This document shows positions 19,165 through 29,437 of a DNA stretch of 64,000 nt, in pieces. Location of the stretch: positions 128,001 through 192,000 of the forward strand of contig JBEKSS010000001.1 in assembly GCA_049516875.1 (NCBI GenBank). Direction: 5' to 3'. Numbering within the stretch: the first letter of the stretch is position 1; each line of letters starts with the position of its first letter. A program made the position numbers and the translations under genes. The notes below the pieces were generated by a model. That model was not told the DNA's origin, did no database searches, and saw nothing but the letters and a program-made list of their open reading frames with translations. Source of the DNA: Candidatus Bathyarchaeia archaeon. Its GTDB lineage: Archaea; Thermoproteota; Bathyarchaeia; Bathyarchaeales; Bathycorpusculaceae.

Positions 19165-20943
19165 CTATGCTCCCCAGAACGGCACTTTCTTTCTCATGAC
19201 ATTCACATACTCGCTCAATGCTTGTTGCTCTTCTGCTATCAATCTCTCAGCGAACGTCGTCATTAGAACTTTCACTTGTCGTTCTGGCACTTTCACATAT
19301 AACAGGTCTTTTTCAAATATGTGTCTTCCAAACACCGGTTTGTCCATTGAAATTGCGACCTGCATTCCTTGTTGAGCGTTTGGCAAGGCCTCCCCCTTAT
19401 CTTGAATCTGCTGAATCTCGCCTATTTCCTCACCGTCTTGTCGGACAAGGGCAATTTTGGGTTTGATGCTTCCAGCCAAGATTTCAACACCGAAAATTGC
19501 CGGTTTTGCCCTTCGGAAAACGTACCCTTCCATTACTCGGAGTTTGGCAGGTTTGACAAGGATGTCAAAATCCTGCTCAAGCCCAGCTTCTCGTTTTCCT
19601 TTAAACCAAGACAGGTAGTTTTCTATCACGTGATAGATTATCTTTTCATTAAAAATTTGAACGCCCCTACTTCCAGCTTCTTCTTCAGCATCTGGCAAGA
19701 TTCTAACGTTGAAAGCCAACACTGCACCGTACAAGGGTTCATGTTCCTTAACCACGGACGCTTCTACGATGTCCCGTTTTGAAATGTCTCCTACATCAGC
19801 TAGTCTGATAGGGATGTTGTTTTGTTTCAGAATGTCTGCGATGGCTTCAAGTGAACCCAGTGTGTCGGCTTTCAAAACGATGCCGTCAACGTCGGTCGCG
19901 ATTCTTATTTTCTCGATTTCCTCGGCAATGAGCCTCGCGTACCTTTCAGGTTTTTCGCCCTGAGGGACAGCGTATATAGGTGCTCCTGCCAAGACTCCTT
20001 CTATGTCTGGCGCAACGATTTTGATGCCTGCAGCAGCGGACGCAGAATTGACGGAGGAGAACTTGTCTCTCGGATCTCTGATTTCATCCAGCGGTTTGGG
20101 AACTAGAATCGCCCGTATGCGTGTTACAATTGGTTTCTCCTTGCCGCCGACAACTATCAAGTCATCTTTCTGCAGTACTCCATCATATATTATGGTATTA
20201 AGTGTCAAGCCAAGTCCGGGTTCCTCTTTAACCTCCAGAATTGTGCCCTTAGCCGGGCCTTCCGTTGTCTGCAAACGCTTCTTCAGATGCTGCTGCGTCA
20301 AGCCTATGAGAACCGTTATGAGTTCGGGTATGCCTTCTCCTGTCTTTGCACTTGTGGGCACGATGGCCACGGTTGAGGTGAAGTCCTTTATTCGGTCGAA
20401 ACGGTCCGTTTTAAAGCCTAAACGAGAGAAAACACCTATGATATCGTATATTTTGTTGTCCAAATCCTCTCGAACGTAAGGATCTTGCTGTGGATACGTC
20501 TTCGAAAACGGTGCATCCGTGAAGGAATTCCAGCCCGGTACGCGATCTATCATGTTTGCAGCGACTAGGAAGGGAGTTTTCCGAGCCTTCAGAATCTCTA
20601 GGCACTCGTATGTCTGAGCCTCGAAACCTCGTAGGACATTGATCACGAGAATTGCGATGTCAGCGACGCTGCCCCCTCTCTTGCGGAGGTTGGTGAAAGC
20701 CTCATGTCCTGGCGTGTCAATGATGAGTAAACCCGGAATCTCTATTTCACCCTTAACTCTAGAAAGCATCGAGCCGACCAGTTGGCCGAGCGTTTCAACC
20801 GGGAAAAAGCTTGCACCGATATGCTGAGTGATCCCTCCAACCTCCCTCGCTTGGACGCTGGTCTTACGAATTCTGTCCAAGAGAGAAGTCTTGCCGCTAT
20901 CAACATGACCAAGAACGCACACGATTGGTTGACGGGTTGGCAT
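19165..20943 (-). CDS. infB: Translation initiation factor aIF5B (IF2)
   Basis: RQPIVCVLGHVDSGKT, GGITQHIGA, DTPGHEAF, KADTLGSLEA; no intein. Confidence 0.98.
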   Translation of the reverse strand: MPTRQPIVCVLGHVDSGKTSLLDRIRKTSVQAREVGGITQHIGASFFPVETLGQLVGSMLSRVKGEIEIPGLLIIDTPGHEAFTNLRKRGGSVADIAILVINVLRGFEAQTYECLEILKARKTPFLVAANMIDRVPGWNSFTDAPFSKTYPQQDPYVREDLDNKIYDIIGVFSRLGFKTDRFDRIKDFTSTVAIVPTSAKTGEGIPELITVLIGLTQQHLKKRLQTTEGPAKGTILEVKEEPGLGLTLNTIIYDGVLQKDDLIVVGGKEKPIVTRIRAILVPKPLDEIRDPRDKFSSVNSASAAAGIKIVAPDIEGVLAGAPIYAVPQGEKPERYARLIAEEIEKIRIATDVDGIVLKADTLGSLEAIADILKQNNIPIRLADVGDISKRDIVEASVVKEHEPLYGAVLAFNVRILPDAEEEAGSRGVQIFNEKIIYHVIENYLSWFKGKREAGLEQDFDILVKPAKLRVMEGYVFRRAKPAIFGVEILAGSIKPKIALVRQDGEEIGEIQQIQDKGEALPNAQQGMQVAISMDKPVFGRHIFEKDLLYVKVPERQVKVLMTTFAERLIAEEQQALSEYVNVMRKKVPFWGA

Positions 20944-21055
20944 CCAGTCTATCCCTCAGTCTTCCGAGCGTCGAGCAAGTTGCCTAATTCATTGAAACAT
21001 TTGAAAATTAATAAGCTCTTGCTCTAATAAATACTCATTCGGATAGTGAGTTGGT

Positions 21056-21373
21056 TTGCCCTACTGTTGGAAATGTGGAGCAAAGCTGAACGACCAAGAC
21101 AGATTCTGTTCTGTTTGCGGTGCAGCAACTGCTAAGGTGACTAGAGAGGAATTCACAGTTTCCTCTGATGACCTTATTGAGAAGGTTAAGCAGCTGCTTC
21201 ATGAAGGCAACGTGACAAGAATTATCATCAAGGATGAAAAAGGGAAAACATTGCTTGAGATTCCTGCCACTATAGGGGTTATTGGAGTGTTTCTTGCTCC
21301 TTGGCTTGCTGCATTGGGCGCAATAGTTGCTTTAGCCACTAACTGCAGGATAGTTGTCGAAAGAAGAGAATAA
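21056..21373 (+). CDS. Zinc-ribbon plus DUF4342 domain protein
   Basis: CWKCG..FCSVCG, then LIEKVKQLLHEGNVTRIIIK..LEIP. Confidence 0.85.
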   Translation: MPYCWKCGAKLNDQDRFCSVCGAATAKVTREEFTVSSDDLIEKVKQLLHEGNVTRIIIKDEKGKTLLEIPATIGVIGVFLAPWLAALGAIVALATNCRIVVERRE

Positions 21374-21375
21374 AT

Positions 21376-21573
21376 CTATTCAGTTTTGGCAATCAACAAA
21401 ACAAAACCTAGGACTATTAGGATGATGCTTAGAAAACCGAAAAAACCCGTGTATGCCACAAGGGCTTGAGAACTCGTAACAGTGTAATAGAGGGCAAATA
21501 TACCCGTCAATAGAATAATAAGGCCGAAGAACTTCTCAGCCAAATTCAGTCCAAAACCGCTTTCTTCGCTCAT
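21376..21573 (-). CDS. Small two-TM membrane protein
   Basis: 65-aa ORF with two hydrophobic segments; TTTAAAAT box upstream. Confidence 0.7.
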   Translation of the reverse strand: MSEESGFGLNLAEKFFGLIILLTGIFALYYTVTSSQALVAYTGFFGFLSIILIVLGFVLLIAKTE

Positions 21574-21642
21574 TTCGGTCGAATCCTTCCATTATGCTTC
21601 CTACATAGAACGACAAAGGGTTATTTTAAATTTCGCCTCTTT

Positions 21643-22734
21643 TTACTTAGTCTCTTCAAGTTTTTGAGGCAGATACTCGTCGACGATATACGTTAAACCG
21701 TACCTGCTGAAAGCCTCCTGCTCAGCCTTTCTCTTGATTTTCATGAAGGTCTTTATTTCCCGCCGCCATAGCGGATCCTTGTAACGCGGGTCCTTCTGCA
21801 GTTCATAAAGTCGCTTCATGTCCATTTCGTCAAGCGGGTCGGTTGGCAACTTGTAGTTGACAATGTCCGTGGCCCACACTCCACTCCATTTCGCGTCAGG
21901 AGTGTTAAGCTCTCTCAAATGCGCAGCATTTACAGAGCCTGAGATTATGACCATGGCTATATGCATTCCCCAAGGGTCCCCGTCGGTGAAAACATAAACA
22001 GGAAGGTTGAGCTCTTCGCTTAACCTTCTGATGAAGTGCCTAGTTGCCCTCGGTGCTTGCCCAGCCGTCAACACAAGAATGGAATTGTATTTTTTGTGCA
22101 CGTTTTCCTCTATGAACCGCGTGAACAAGCCACCTTTTTCTATGGCTATGACCTTGTCCGCCGACGTTCTCACAAATTCCGAAGAGGTCAATGCCGGACC
22201 GATTAGCACGCCGTCTGGGTGCGAGGTTAGATCCAGCGTTTTTCCTTCGTAGCCTGGCACCGTGTACTCTATTGTCAGGTCACCGAAAACCGCCGATCGC
22301 TCCTCCGGAAAGATGTTAAAGTCCTCTCGTGAAAAGCCCAAAATGGTTTCCAAGTCAGTTATAATATTGTTTGATTCCTGCTGGTCCTTGAAAGTCATTT
22401 CATAAGCTTGCGCAGAATAATAAACATCCCTTAGAGTTGATGTTTTACGTTGCGAAGAAAGCTCATTAGCAAACAGTGCAGCCCAAACCAGCTGCGTGAA
22501 CGGCTTCACGTGGCTGATGTTGCGTGCGCTTCTTCTGACCCTTCTGTCGCCTAAGATGAATTGTCTGAGCTTTTCATCATATGTTATGTTGTCCGTCGAG
22601 CGGCTCGGCATGTCAATTGCCGGAAAAGTTCCTTTGTCTAGCTGATCATAAATCGTGGTTCCAAGATTTCCAAGACCTGCTAAAACTTCCTTCTTTCTCT
22701 CACTGACACTGATCTTATACTTCTTCCGATCCAT
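21643..22734 (-). CDS. top6A: DNA topoisomerase VI subunit A
   Basis: STLRDVYY catalytic Tyr, IEK, FTDGDPWG TOPRIM, KAEQEA. Confidence 0.97.
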   Translation of the reverse strand: MDRKKYKISVSERKKEVLAGLGNLGTTIYDQLDKGTFPAIDMPSRSTDNITYDEKLRQFILGDRRVRRSARNISHVKPFTQLVWAALFANELSSQRKTSTLRDVYYSAQAYEMTFKDQQESNNIITDLETILGFSREDFNIFPEERSAVFGDLTIEYTVPGYEGKTLDLTSHPDGVLIGPALTSSEFVRTSADKVIAIEKGGLFTRFIEENVHKKYNSILVLTAGQAPRATRHFIRRLSEELNLPVYVFTDGDPWGMHIAMVIISGSVNAAHLRELNTPDAKWSGVWATDIVNYKLPTDPLDEMDMKRLYELQKDPRYKDPLWRREIKTFMKIKRKAEQEAFSRYGLTYIVDEYLPQKLEETK

Positions 22735-24350
22735 ACTTCCTCACACTCGTCAAAAGCTTCTCAATATCTGGCATCTTTTTCTTGCCCGCCAGCTGAGTGG
22801 AAAACTGGGCAATCCTCGGTAGATACTTGCTGAAAACACCCAACCTCTTCCTCTCCTTGTCCACGTGCTCTCTTCTTGACATGAAGAGCTGAAGTTGCCG
22901 TGCAACTTCTCTCAACCCGTTGGCAATCTCCCTTCTAACCTCAGGTCTATCAGCAATGAACTCCTTGCCAACTGTTTTGTACGGAACTTTTGTACTGCAG
23001 ATGTGCACTGCGATGGCAACAGGCATTTCAGGCGTCACGTGATATCTTCGCCAGTTCATCGCTTCAATCACTCTAAGCGAAACATCGTTCGCCTCATCGT
23101 ACAACAGCGGGATTCTGTTGGCAAAACGATAGACAATGAAGCTTCCTCTTGCTGGAATCTCTCCCCCGTAAGCGACGCCGATTTCAATTACAAACGGATG
23201 TCCAGCATAGGTCGCAGGCTTACGCTGGTGAACAGCTACAAACTCGGGTTTGAGCTCCTTCAAAATGCCGGTTCTCAGCAACTCCTCACCTAAGGGCGAC
23301 AAGCAGCTTGCGTCAGGCGGCAGAAACTCCTTGAACTTCTTCAGCATTTGCATGAGCCTGACAATTTCCTCATGATCAAGCCTCTTCGGATTCTTAGACG
23401 AGCTTATGTTGCTGAACCCCAGAAACTTCTGGGCGGTAATGTGTCCGACTCGATGGAAGTGGTTCTTCAAAAACTCCAACATGTTCTTGTAAGGAGTTAT
23501 CTGCATCAGACGTTGAAGCAGCTCCACATCAACGCCGTACGGGTGCGGCTTCGTCTCCTTCGGCGGTATCGGCATGTCCTTAGTAACTCTGGCAAACCTG
23601 TAAAGCCTACCTTTCGGATCAACAAAAGTAAGGTTTGCATATGGATTTACCATGGCTGTCTGCTTGAAGTAATCCAGTATCTTGGGCATCGCCCTGAAAT
23701 AATCCCCTTCAAGCGTAAACTCGACAACAGTGCCCCGCCACATTTCCTTATTTATAAGAACTCTTCTGTCCATTATTAGCGGACGGTTTCTCTGGATATC
23801 AATCATAAGCTTGTACATGTAAATCTTCGAAGTGCCCGTGCTTGAGAATATAGTAGCCGGTTGATGTGTGGTGATCTGTCCGTACAGGATTGCCATTTTG
23901 CCGCCAAGACCGAACGTTCCCCTCTGCTGTTTCAACTTGTACTTTGAACCGAATAAGATCTGCCCAAAAGCGGATGGAACATGGCGAGGTGGGACGCCTG
24001 TGCCGTTGTCTTCAACTCTTAACTTGTAAACCTGACTCTCTTGAGTAACTTCTCTTTCACCCAGTTTCTGGAGGTCGCTGCCCTCTCCTTCAAGAGCATG
24101 TTCACTTTCTCTCTCAGATTCATTGGCAACTGGGTTGAACCCTTTGCCTGTCTGACTAGCTTCTCCTTCATAAGACAGGCGAACATAGACGTCTGGCGGT
24201 ATCCTTTGACTCTCCGCCGCGTCCAACGAGTTTTCCACTAACTCTCTTATCGCCACGAAAATGGCTCTGGACGGATTAGTAAACCCAGCGATGTCCCGAT
24301 TGCGGTAGAAAAAAGTCGGCGGCGCTTATCTCTTCAAATGTCTGGGCCAC
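22715..24350 (-). CDS. top6B: DNA topoisomerase VI subunit B; +1 frameshift in a T6 run at 24309-24314
   Basis: GTG at 24350 gives MAQTFEEISAADF; removing one T continues FYRNRDIAGFTNPSRAIFVAIRELVENSLDA; VEDNGTG, RFANRIPL. Confidence 0.95.
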
Positions 24351-24573
24351 CGCTCATCCCCCCTTCGTTTCATCATTCCCGTATAGGAACAGTCACTAAA
24401 GGCTCCAAGCTCATAAATCGAATAGCCCTTGTCATAAACTTCGACATATTTCTGAACGTTTATCTCTTCGAGCCTCCGAGCCACTTAAGCCTTCCCAGCC
24501 CTCTCTGCACCAAATTATTTCTATGATATACTCTGCTCATTCTTTAACTTAACTACGTTCAACAGAAGATTTG

Positions 24574-25002
24574 TCATTTTTTGTAGGCGAACGGAAATAA
24601 CTCTTCAAGAATCTTAATGTTAACAGTTCCAAACATTATCTTGTCTTTATCTGCCTTTGCCATGACAACTTTGACTTTTGAGTTTACAGCAAAATCAGAA
24701 ACATACTGCAAACATGCGCCGCACGGTCTGGGTTCGGCCCCTGAATCAGCATCCATGACTACTGCTATCTCCTTAATCTTTCGATTTCCATGCAACACAG
24801 CATGGTTGATTGCACATCTTTCAGCGCATGTACCCAATCCTGAAACCCAACTTTCCACGTTGCAACCCTCGTAAATCTGCCCATCCTCCGCAAACACAGC
24901 GGCGCCAACCTTGAACCCCCAAAGCGCATACGCATTCTTCATTGCCCTCAAAGAGGCATCCAACAGTTCCTTTTCCGTCTCCCCGATCTTGGTCATAATC
25001 AT
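24574..25002 (-). CDS. cdd: Cytidine deaminase (homotetrameric type)
   Basis: FKVGAA, GCNVE, CAERCAI, PCGAC. Confidence 0.92.
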   Translation of the reverse strand: MIMTKIGETEKELLDASLRAMKNAYALWGFKVGAAVFAEDGQIYEGCNVESWVSGLGTCAERCAINHAVLHGNRKIKEIAVVMDADSGAEPRPCGACLQYVSDFAVNSKVKVVMAKADKDKIMFGTVNIKILEELFPFAYKK

Positions 25003-25011
25003 CTCGTCGCC

Positions 25012-26799
25012 CTATTTCCGAAGTCTGCGCACGTAATAGTATTCACCGATTTGCTTTTGAAACTTGTCAAGTTTTGAACCCTCTTTGTTGACTCTGGGCC
25101 TTTTGGTGGCAGGGTCTCTTCTGAACGTAACCTCCATATCTTTCAGGAACGTATTCATTCCTTTTCGTAAGCTCGTCGGCGGATTGGCCACGCCGTTCGT
25201 CCCGGGCTTTCCCGTGAAAACCATCAGGTGATCAGCTATGAAGTCTTGTGTGACGACATCATGTTCTACCACGAAGGCTGTCACGTTGCGATTTTCAACG
25301 ACTCTTCGGACAGTCCTCGCCATGTTCAATCTTTCTTCAACGTCCAAGTACGCACTTGGCTCGTCCAGCAGGTAAAGATCGGCCTTGCGTGAGAGACAAG
25401 CCGCAATGGCCACTTTCTGCAGCTCTCCCCCACTGAGTTCATCCAGATTTCTGGCCAACAGTAGATTTACCTTCAGAGGTTGAAGAATTTCGGTCCTGTA
25501 CAAGCCTGAAGAAAACTGTTCTTTAGCAACGCTCATCAAAAGCTCTTGAACCGTACCCTCATACTCCGCTGAAATGTACTGAGGTTTGTAACTTACTTTC
25601 AGCTCGCCGAATTTTCTTCTATCATCAGCCTCTTCAATTCCAGCCAGAATCTTTATGAAAGTCGTCTTGCCTATCCCATTGGCGCCCAGAATCCCGACTA
25701 TCTCTCCCCTCTTGATTTCTCCGGACTTGGCTACAAGCTTGAACCCTTCGTACGTTTTTTCTATTTGCTCCCACGCTAGCATCGTTTCGCCAACGCCAGC
25801 ACTGACCGTCGGCGGCTTTTCATGAAATATTATTGCCTCCTTTCTGAAACGAACGTTCTCGTCTGGAATGTAGCCTTGCAGGTAAATGTTTATGCCTGTT
25901 CTGACGCCGTGAACGCTTGAGACTACTCCATAAACGCCTGGTTCACCGTAGAAGAGGCATATTTGGTCTGACAAATAATCGATTATTGCTAAGTCATGTT
26001 CAGCAATGATTATTGTTTTTTGATCATTTTTCAAGCTTCTTATCGTCTTTGCCACTTCGAGTCTCTGCTTCACGTCCAAGTAGCTTGAGGGCTCATCGAA
26101 CAAATACACCTCTGCTTCACGACACATTGTAGCTGCCACAGCCACACGTTGCAGCTCTCCACCGCTCAAAACTTCAAGCGGTCGATCCCAGAACTGCTTG
26201 AGCTCAAGCTGCTCAGCAATCTTGTCAAGGTTTTTCCTTTCATCCACTTTTTCAAGCAGTTCCCCCACTTTTCCAGAGATGACTTTCGGAAGCTTATCCA
26301 CATATTGGGGTTTATGCGAAACTCTGAGCTTCCCTTCTCCCATTTTTTGGAAATATTCCTGAAGGGTCGAACCCCTGAAATGCTGAACTATTTCATTCCA
26401 ATCAGGCGGGTTCTCGTAGTTTCCAAGATTTAGCTTCACTTCCCCAGACAGCAATTTGAGGGCAGTTGTTTTGCCGATTCCGTTTTGTCCCAGCAAACCT
26501 AGTACCAAGCCCGGTGAAGGCGTTGGCAACCTGTAAAGTTTGAATGTGTTTTCTCCAAAACGATGGCTACAGTCTTTTTCAAGCTCGTCTGGAAGATTAA
26601 CTATTGATACTGCTCTGAAAGGACATTTCTTCACACAGATTCCGCAGCCTGTGCACAGGGACTCGACAATAACTGCTTTTTCATTTTCAAAGCGCACTGC
26701 TTCTATTTTGCTCCGCACGATTGGACAAAAACGAAAGCACATCCTACTGCAACGTTTTGGCTTGCATTTATCGGCATCTAACACGGCAACTCTTGTCAT
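25012..26799 (-). CDS. rli: Ribosome recycling ATPase ABCE1/RLI
   Basis: N-terminal Fe-S CxxxxC..C.FCP / CTGCGICVKKCPF, two ABC domains LSGGELQ, TFRRD...RPRVNK. Confidence 0.98.
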   Translation of the reverse strand: MTRVAVLDADKCKPKRCSRMCFRFCPIVRSKIEAVRFENEKAVIVESLCTGCGICVKKCPFRAVSIVNLPDELEKDCSHRFGENTFKLYRLPTPSPGLVLGLLGQNGIGKTTALKLLSGEVKLNLGNYENPPDWNEIVQHFRGSTLQEYFQKMGEGKLRVSHKPQYVDKLPKVISGKVGELLEKVDERKNLDKIAEQLELKQFWDRPLEVLSGGELQRVAVAATMCREAEVYLFDEPSSYLDVKQRLEVAKTIRSLKNDQKTIIIAEHDLAIIDYLSDQICLFYGEPGVYGVVSSVHGVRTGINIYLQGYIPDENVRFRKEAIIFHEKPPTVSAGVGETMLAWEQIEKTYEGFKLVAKSGEIKRGEIVGILGANGIGKTTFIKILAGIEEADDRRKFGELKVSYKPQYISAEYEGTVQELLMSVAKEQFSSGLYRTEILQPLKVNLLLARNLDELSGGELQKVAIAACLSRKADLYLLDEPSAYLDVEERLNMARTVRRVVENRNVTAFVVEHDVVTQDFIADHLMVFTGKPGTNGVANPPTSLRKGMNTFLKDMEVTFRRDPATKRPRVNKEGSKLDKFQKQIGEYYYVRRLRK

Positions 26800-26929
26800 C
26801 GCGACCCGACAGTGAATGGTCTTTACTTGTAGGTTATAAACATGAACCTCAAGAAAGTCCTTATAAACGTCCAAAAAACGGTTCGGCCAAAGAAAAAGCA
26901 CAAAAGTGCTGATTGTTCAGCTGACCTTC

Positions 26930-27004
26930 TTACCATTCTTCCTCCTCAAAGTCTTCTTCCTCATCCCAATCTTCTTCTTCAGTATCCTCTTCCTCATCTA
27001 TCAC
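26930..27004 (-). CDS. Putative 24-aa acidic microprotein MIDEEEDTEEEDWDEEEDFEEEEW
   Basis: GGAGGTGA SD at 27018-27011, 6 nt before GTG; TAA at 26932-26930; CCTTAAAG box upstream. Confidence 0.65.
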   Translation of the reverse strand: MIDEEEDTEEEDWDEEEDFEEEEW

Positions 27005-27120
27005 GCTTTTTCACCTCCAAACATTTCGAATGGATAGTCAAAGCATTCTCGCAATCTTTAAGGATTATTATACGTCAGTTGTCGAGAATAGAAATGAAGG
27101 ACACGTATATCGATGCCATT

Positions 27121-28092
27121 TTACAAGTGTTCTTTCACAATCTTCGCAGTGAGTGACACCTTTGGTTCTTTCATTCCTGGAGTAATGTAAGCCCAGCACA
27201 TGTTTGGCGAATTGTGAGCTGCGCCGATTCTTCCATGTGAATCAATAGCGATCAAACCCATCGCATTGTACCCGGATGGCATTCGGGTATTGACAAGTTT
27301 TATTGTCACTTCAGCAGCCTCCTGTGGTGCTTTTCCATTCTCCATATAATTGCAGACAGTCTTTGCAAGGACAAGCCTTATTGCAATCTCCCCAACACCA
27401 GTAGTTGAACAAGCGCCAGTCAGGTTGTCCGCATACGTTCCGCAGCCAATTAATGGTGAGTCTCCAATTCTTCCAGGAAGTTTCAATGGAAAACCTCCGG
27501 TTGATGTCGCAGCTGCCACATTTCCTTCTTTATCTATGGCCACCGCTCCTACGGTTTCAAGGGTGAAGAGTTCTGGATGATCTTTAACCAGGATAGTTAG
27601 CTTTGGCAGCTCAGATTTGCCTTCAAGCAGGGCCTTCTTCTGCTGCTCATAATACTTCAGCCTGAGTTCCGTTATTGGGTTACGCCTTTCAAGGTGTTCA
27701 AGATTGGCCAACTTCTCTGCGCCTTCACCCACGACAAAAACGTGGTCTGTTCTTTCCATGACAATCTTTGCGAGACGAACGGGATTCTTTACGTCTCGCA
27801 ACAACCCTACCGCTCCAGCCTGAAGTGTTTTTCCGTTCATTATCGAAGCTTCCATTTCCACCTTTTTCTCCATGTTTAAGCTGGAACCATACCCCGCGTT
27901 AAATGCCCCATTATCCTCCATAACTGCAACGGCTTCCATGACACTGTCAATGACACTTCCTCCATTCTTCAAGATGCCCCAACCCGTCTCAGCAGCTCTC
28001 TTGACACCTTCCATACCGGGCTCGCTGCGTTCAGGCTGCCAGGTTCCCGCCCCACCGTGAACAACTATCGTCGGTTTCTGGGCTCCCGTCAT
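27121..28092 (-). CDS. iaaA: Isoaspartyl peptidase/L-asparaginase (Ntn hydrolase)
   Basis: HGGAG, FNAGYGS, ETVGAVA nucleophile, ATSTGG..K.PGRIGDSP, TGVGE. Confidence 0.93.
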   Translation of the reverse strand: MTGAQKPTIVVHGGAGTWQPERSEPGMEGVKRAAETGWGILKNGGSVIDSVMEAVAVMEDNGAFNAGYGSSLNMEKKVEMEASIMNGKTLQAGAVGLLRDVKNPVRLAKIVMERTDHVFVVGEGAEKLANLEHLERRNPITELRLKYYEQQKKALLEGKSELPKLTILVKDHPELFTLETVGAVAIDKEGNVAAATSTGGFPLKLPGRIGDSPLIGCGTYADNLTGACSTTGVGEIAIRLVLAKTVCNYMENGKAPQEAAEVTIKLVNTRMPSGYNAMGLIAIDSHGRIGAAHNSPNMCWAYITPGMKEPKVSLTAKIVKEHL

Positions 28093-28201
28093 CTTTCCAT
28101 CACTCTCAAACTGGATACGTTGAACTTGCATGATTCGAATTTAAGTCTAGCGCCATCGAACAGTCAAAATGGATAAATCCATGCGACCGAATATCACTTG
28201 T

Positions 28202-28266
28202 GGGATGATGTGAGGCGACGGCTGAGAGCCACTGGCAATGAAGGAGCCATTTACGCACACTGACCC
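28202..28266 (+). ncRNA. Candidate box C/D sRNA
   Basis: GGG-ATGATGT(C)-GAGGCGACGG-CTGA(D')-GAGCCACTGGCA-ATGAAGG(C')-AGCCATTTACGCACA-CTGA(D)-CCC, with terminal GGG/CCC stem and internal GCCACTGGC hairpin; intergenic. Confidence 0.7.
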
Positions 28267-28331
28267 TGAAACTCAGGGTGGACTATCCTGTCTCTTGGAA
28301 GCGTTAAATCACTACAGGAACGATACTGAGG

Positions 28332-28868
28332 ATGGTACAGCTTATGCGTAGAGAATTCAATCTTCTGGCTACCACTTCCCGTGGATACGAAACGTACGCC
28401 CGTTCCGAACTGCGTTTTCTCTTTGAAAAGGTAGGGGATACTGCACCTGCTATTGAAAAAACAGGAATTTCTGGTCTGATTGCGGTAAAGACAAACATGG
28501 ACTCTATCGAGGTCATCAGGCAGCTTCGGGCTATTTTGCGTCAGCGTCCCTACGAATTTCGCTTTGTACTGAGGTTAGTTCCCGTCGAGAAAGTCGTCTG
28601 CACAGACTTGGACCAAATCCAACAAGCGGTTGTAGAACTCAGTTCGAAAATCGGCGAGAACGAAACTTTCCGCGTGACTGTCGAGAAACGCTTCACTACA
28701 ACGCACACGAAGGACATAGTTGAAAAGGTCGCGGGGAACATTAAAAGAAAGGTAAACTTGACCGCACCGGACAAGGTCGTCCTAATTGAGGTTATTGGCG
28801 GATTGACCGGTGTGTCAGTGATAAAACCGGAGGATATCTTGTCAGTTCTGAAGGAGAAGCTTCTTTAG
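28332..28868 (+). CDS. THUMP-domain RNA-binding protein (start may be 28344)
   Basis: FNLLATT.RG.E, TGISGLI, TFRVTVEKR, VNL..PDKVVLIEVIG. Confidence 0.9.
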   Translation: MVQLMRREFNLLATTSRGYETYARSELRFLFEKVGDTAPAIEKTGISGLIAVKTNMDSIEVIRQLRAILRQRPYEFRFVLRLVPVEKVVCTDLDQIQQAVVELSSKIGENETFRVTVEKRFTTTHTKDIVEKVAGNIKRKVNLTAPDKVVLIEVIGGLTGVSVIKPEDILSVLKEKLL

Positions 28869-28870
28869 GG

Positions 28871-29437
28871 TTAGCGCAGAGTCGCCAACAGCGCTACCTG
28901 TTCTATCACAAGGTCAATGATGGCCTTTTCCACGCCGTCTTTGTCCATTACAGTTTCAAGTTGCGCCTCCGATATCGTGAAGGCTCTCTTAATTCTCTCT
29001 ATCTTCTCTGCTGAAAGCCCGAGAACTGAGTCGTCAGGCTGCCCGTCAATGCACGTCGAAATCTTCGATAGGGCCGATTTCACAGCGTCGGGTTTTCCTT
29101 CAACTATTAGAAGTGCTATGTTCGGCGATGTGGGTTTGATTCCGACAAGTTGCATGGCCTTTCGAATTTGCCTTCGTGCAGAGGTATAGAGCAGGGTCTC
29201 TATCGAGAGACTCTTGGAAATGTTTTCCCGGTTCCTGAAAGCCGTCATCGCGTTCAAGACAGCAAAGTAGAGATGTTGCCATGTGGCGACAATATCCGCG
29301 TCGAAAAATTGGACTTCCACATCTACTGGCTTTTTCCTATTGATTTCCTCCAGAAACCCCTCAGTGTTGTCGATTTCCAAGTTCTTGAAGCCCGCTATTT
29401 CGCAGTACTTTCTAAATTCTTGAATGTATGTCAGCAC
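28871..29437 (-). CDS. cgi121: KEOPS complex subunit Cgi121
   Basis: QFFDAD.VA..QHL.FA..NA, IS.SL.IE.LLY.SA.RQIRKA...G. Confidence 0.92.
   Translation of the reverse strand: MLTYIQEFRKYCEIAGFKNLEIDNTEGFLEEINRKKPVDVEVQFFDADIVATWQHLYFAVLNAMTAFRNRENISKSLSIETLLYTSARRQIRKAMQLVGIKPTSPNIALLIVEGKPDAVKSALSKISTCIDGQPDDSVLGLSAEKIERIKRAFTISEAQLETVMDKDGVEKAIIDLVIEQVALLATLR

Noticed and set aside
24325-24540. Possible ~50-aa ORF (MARRLEEINVQKYVEV...) upstream of top6B
   Set aside because: No recognisable family; may be spurious
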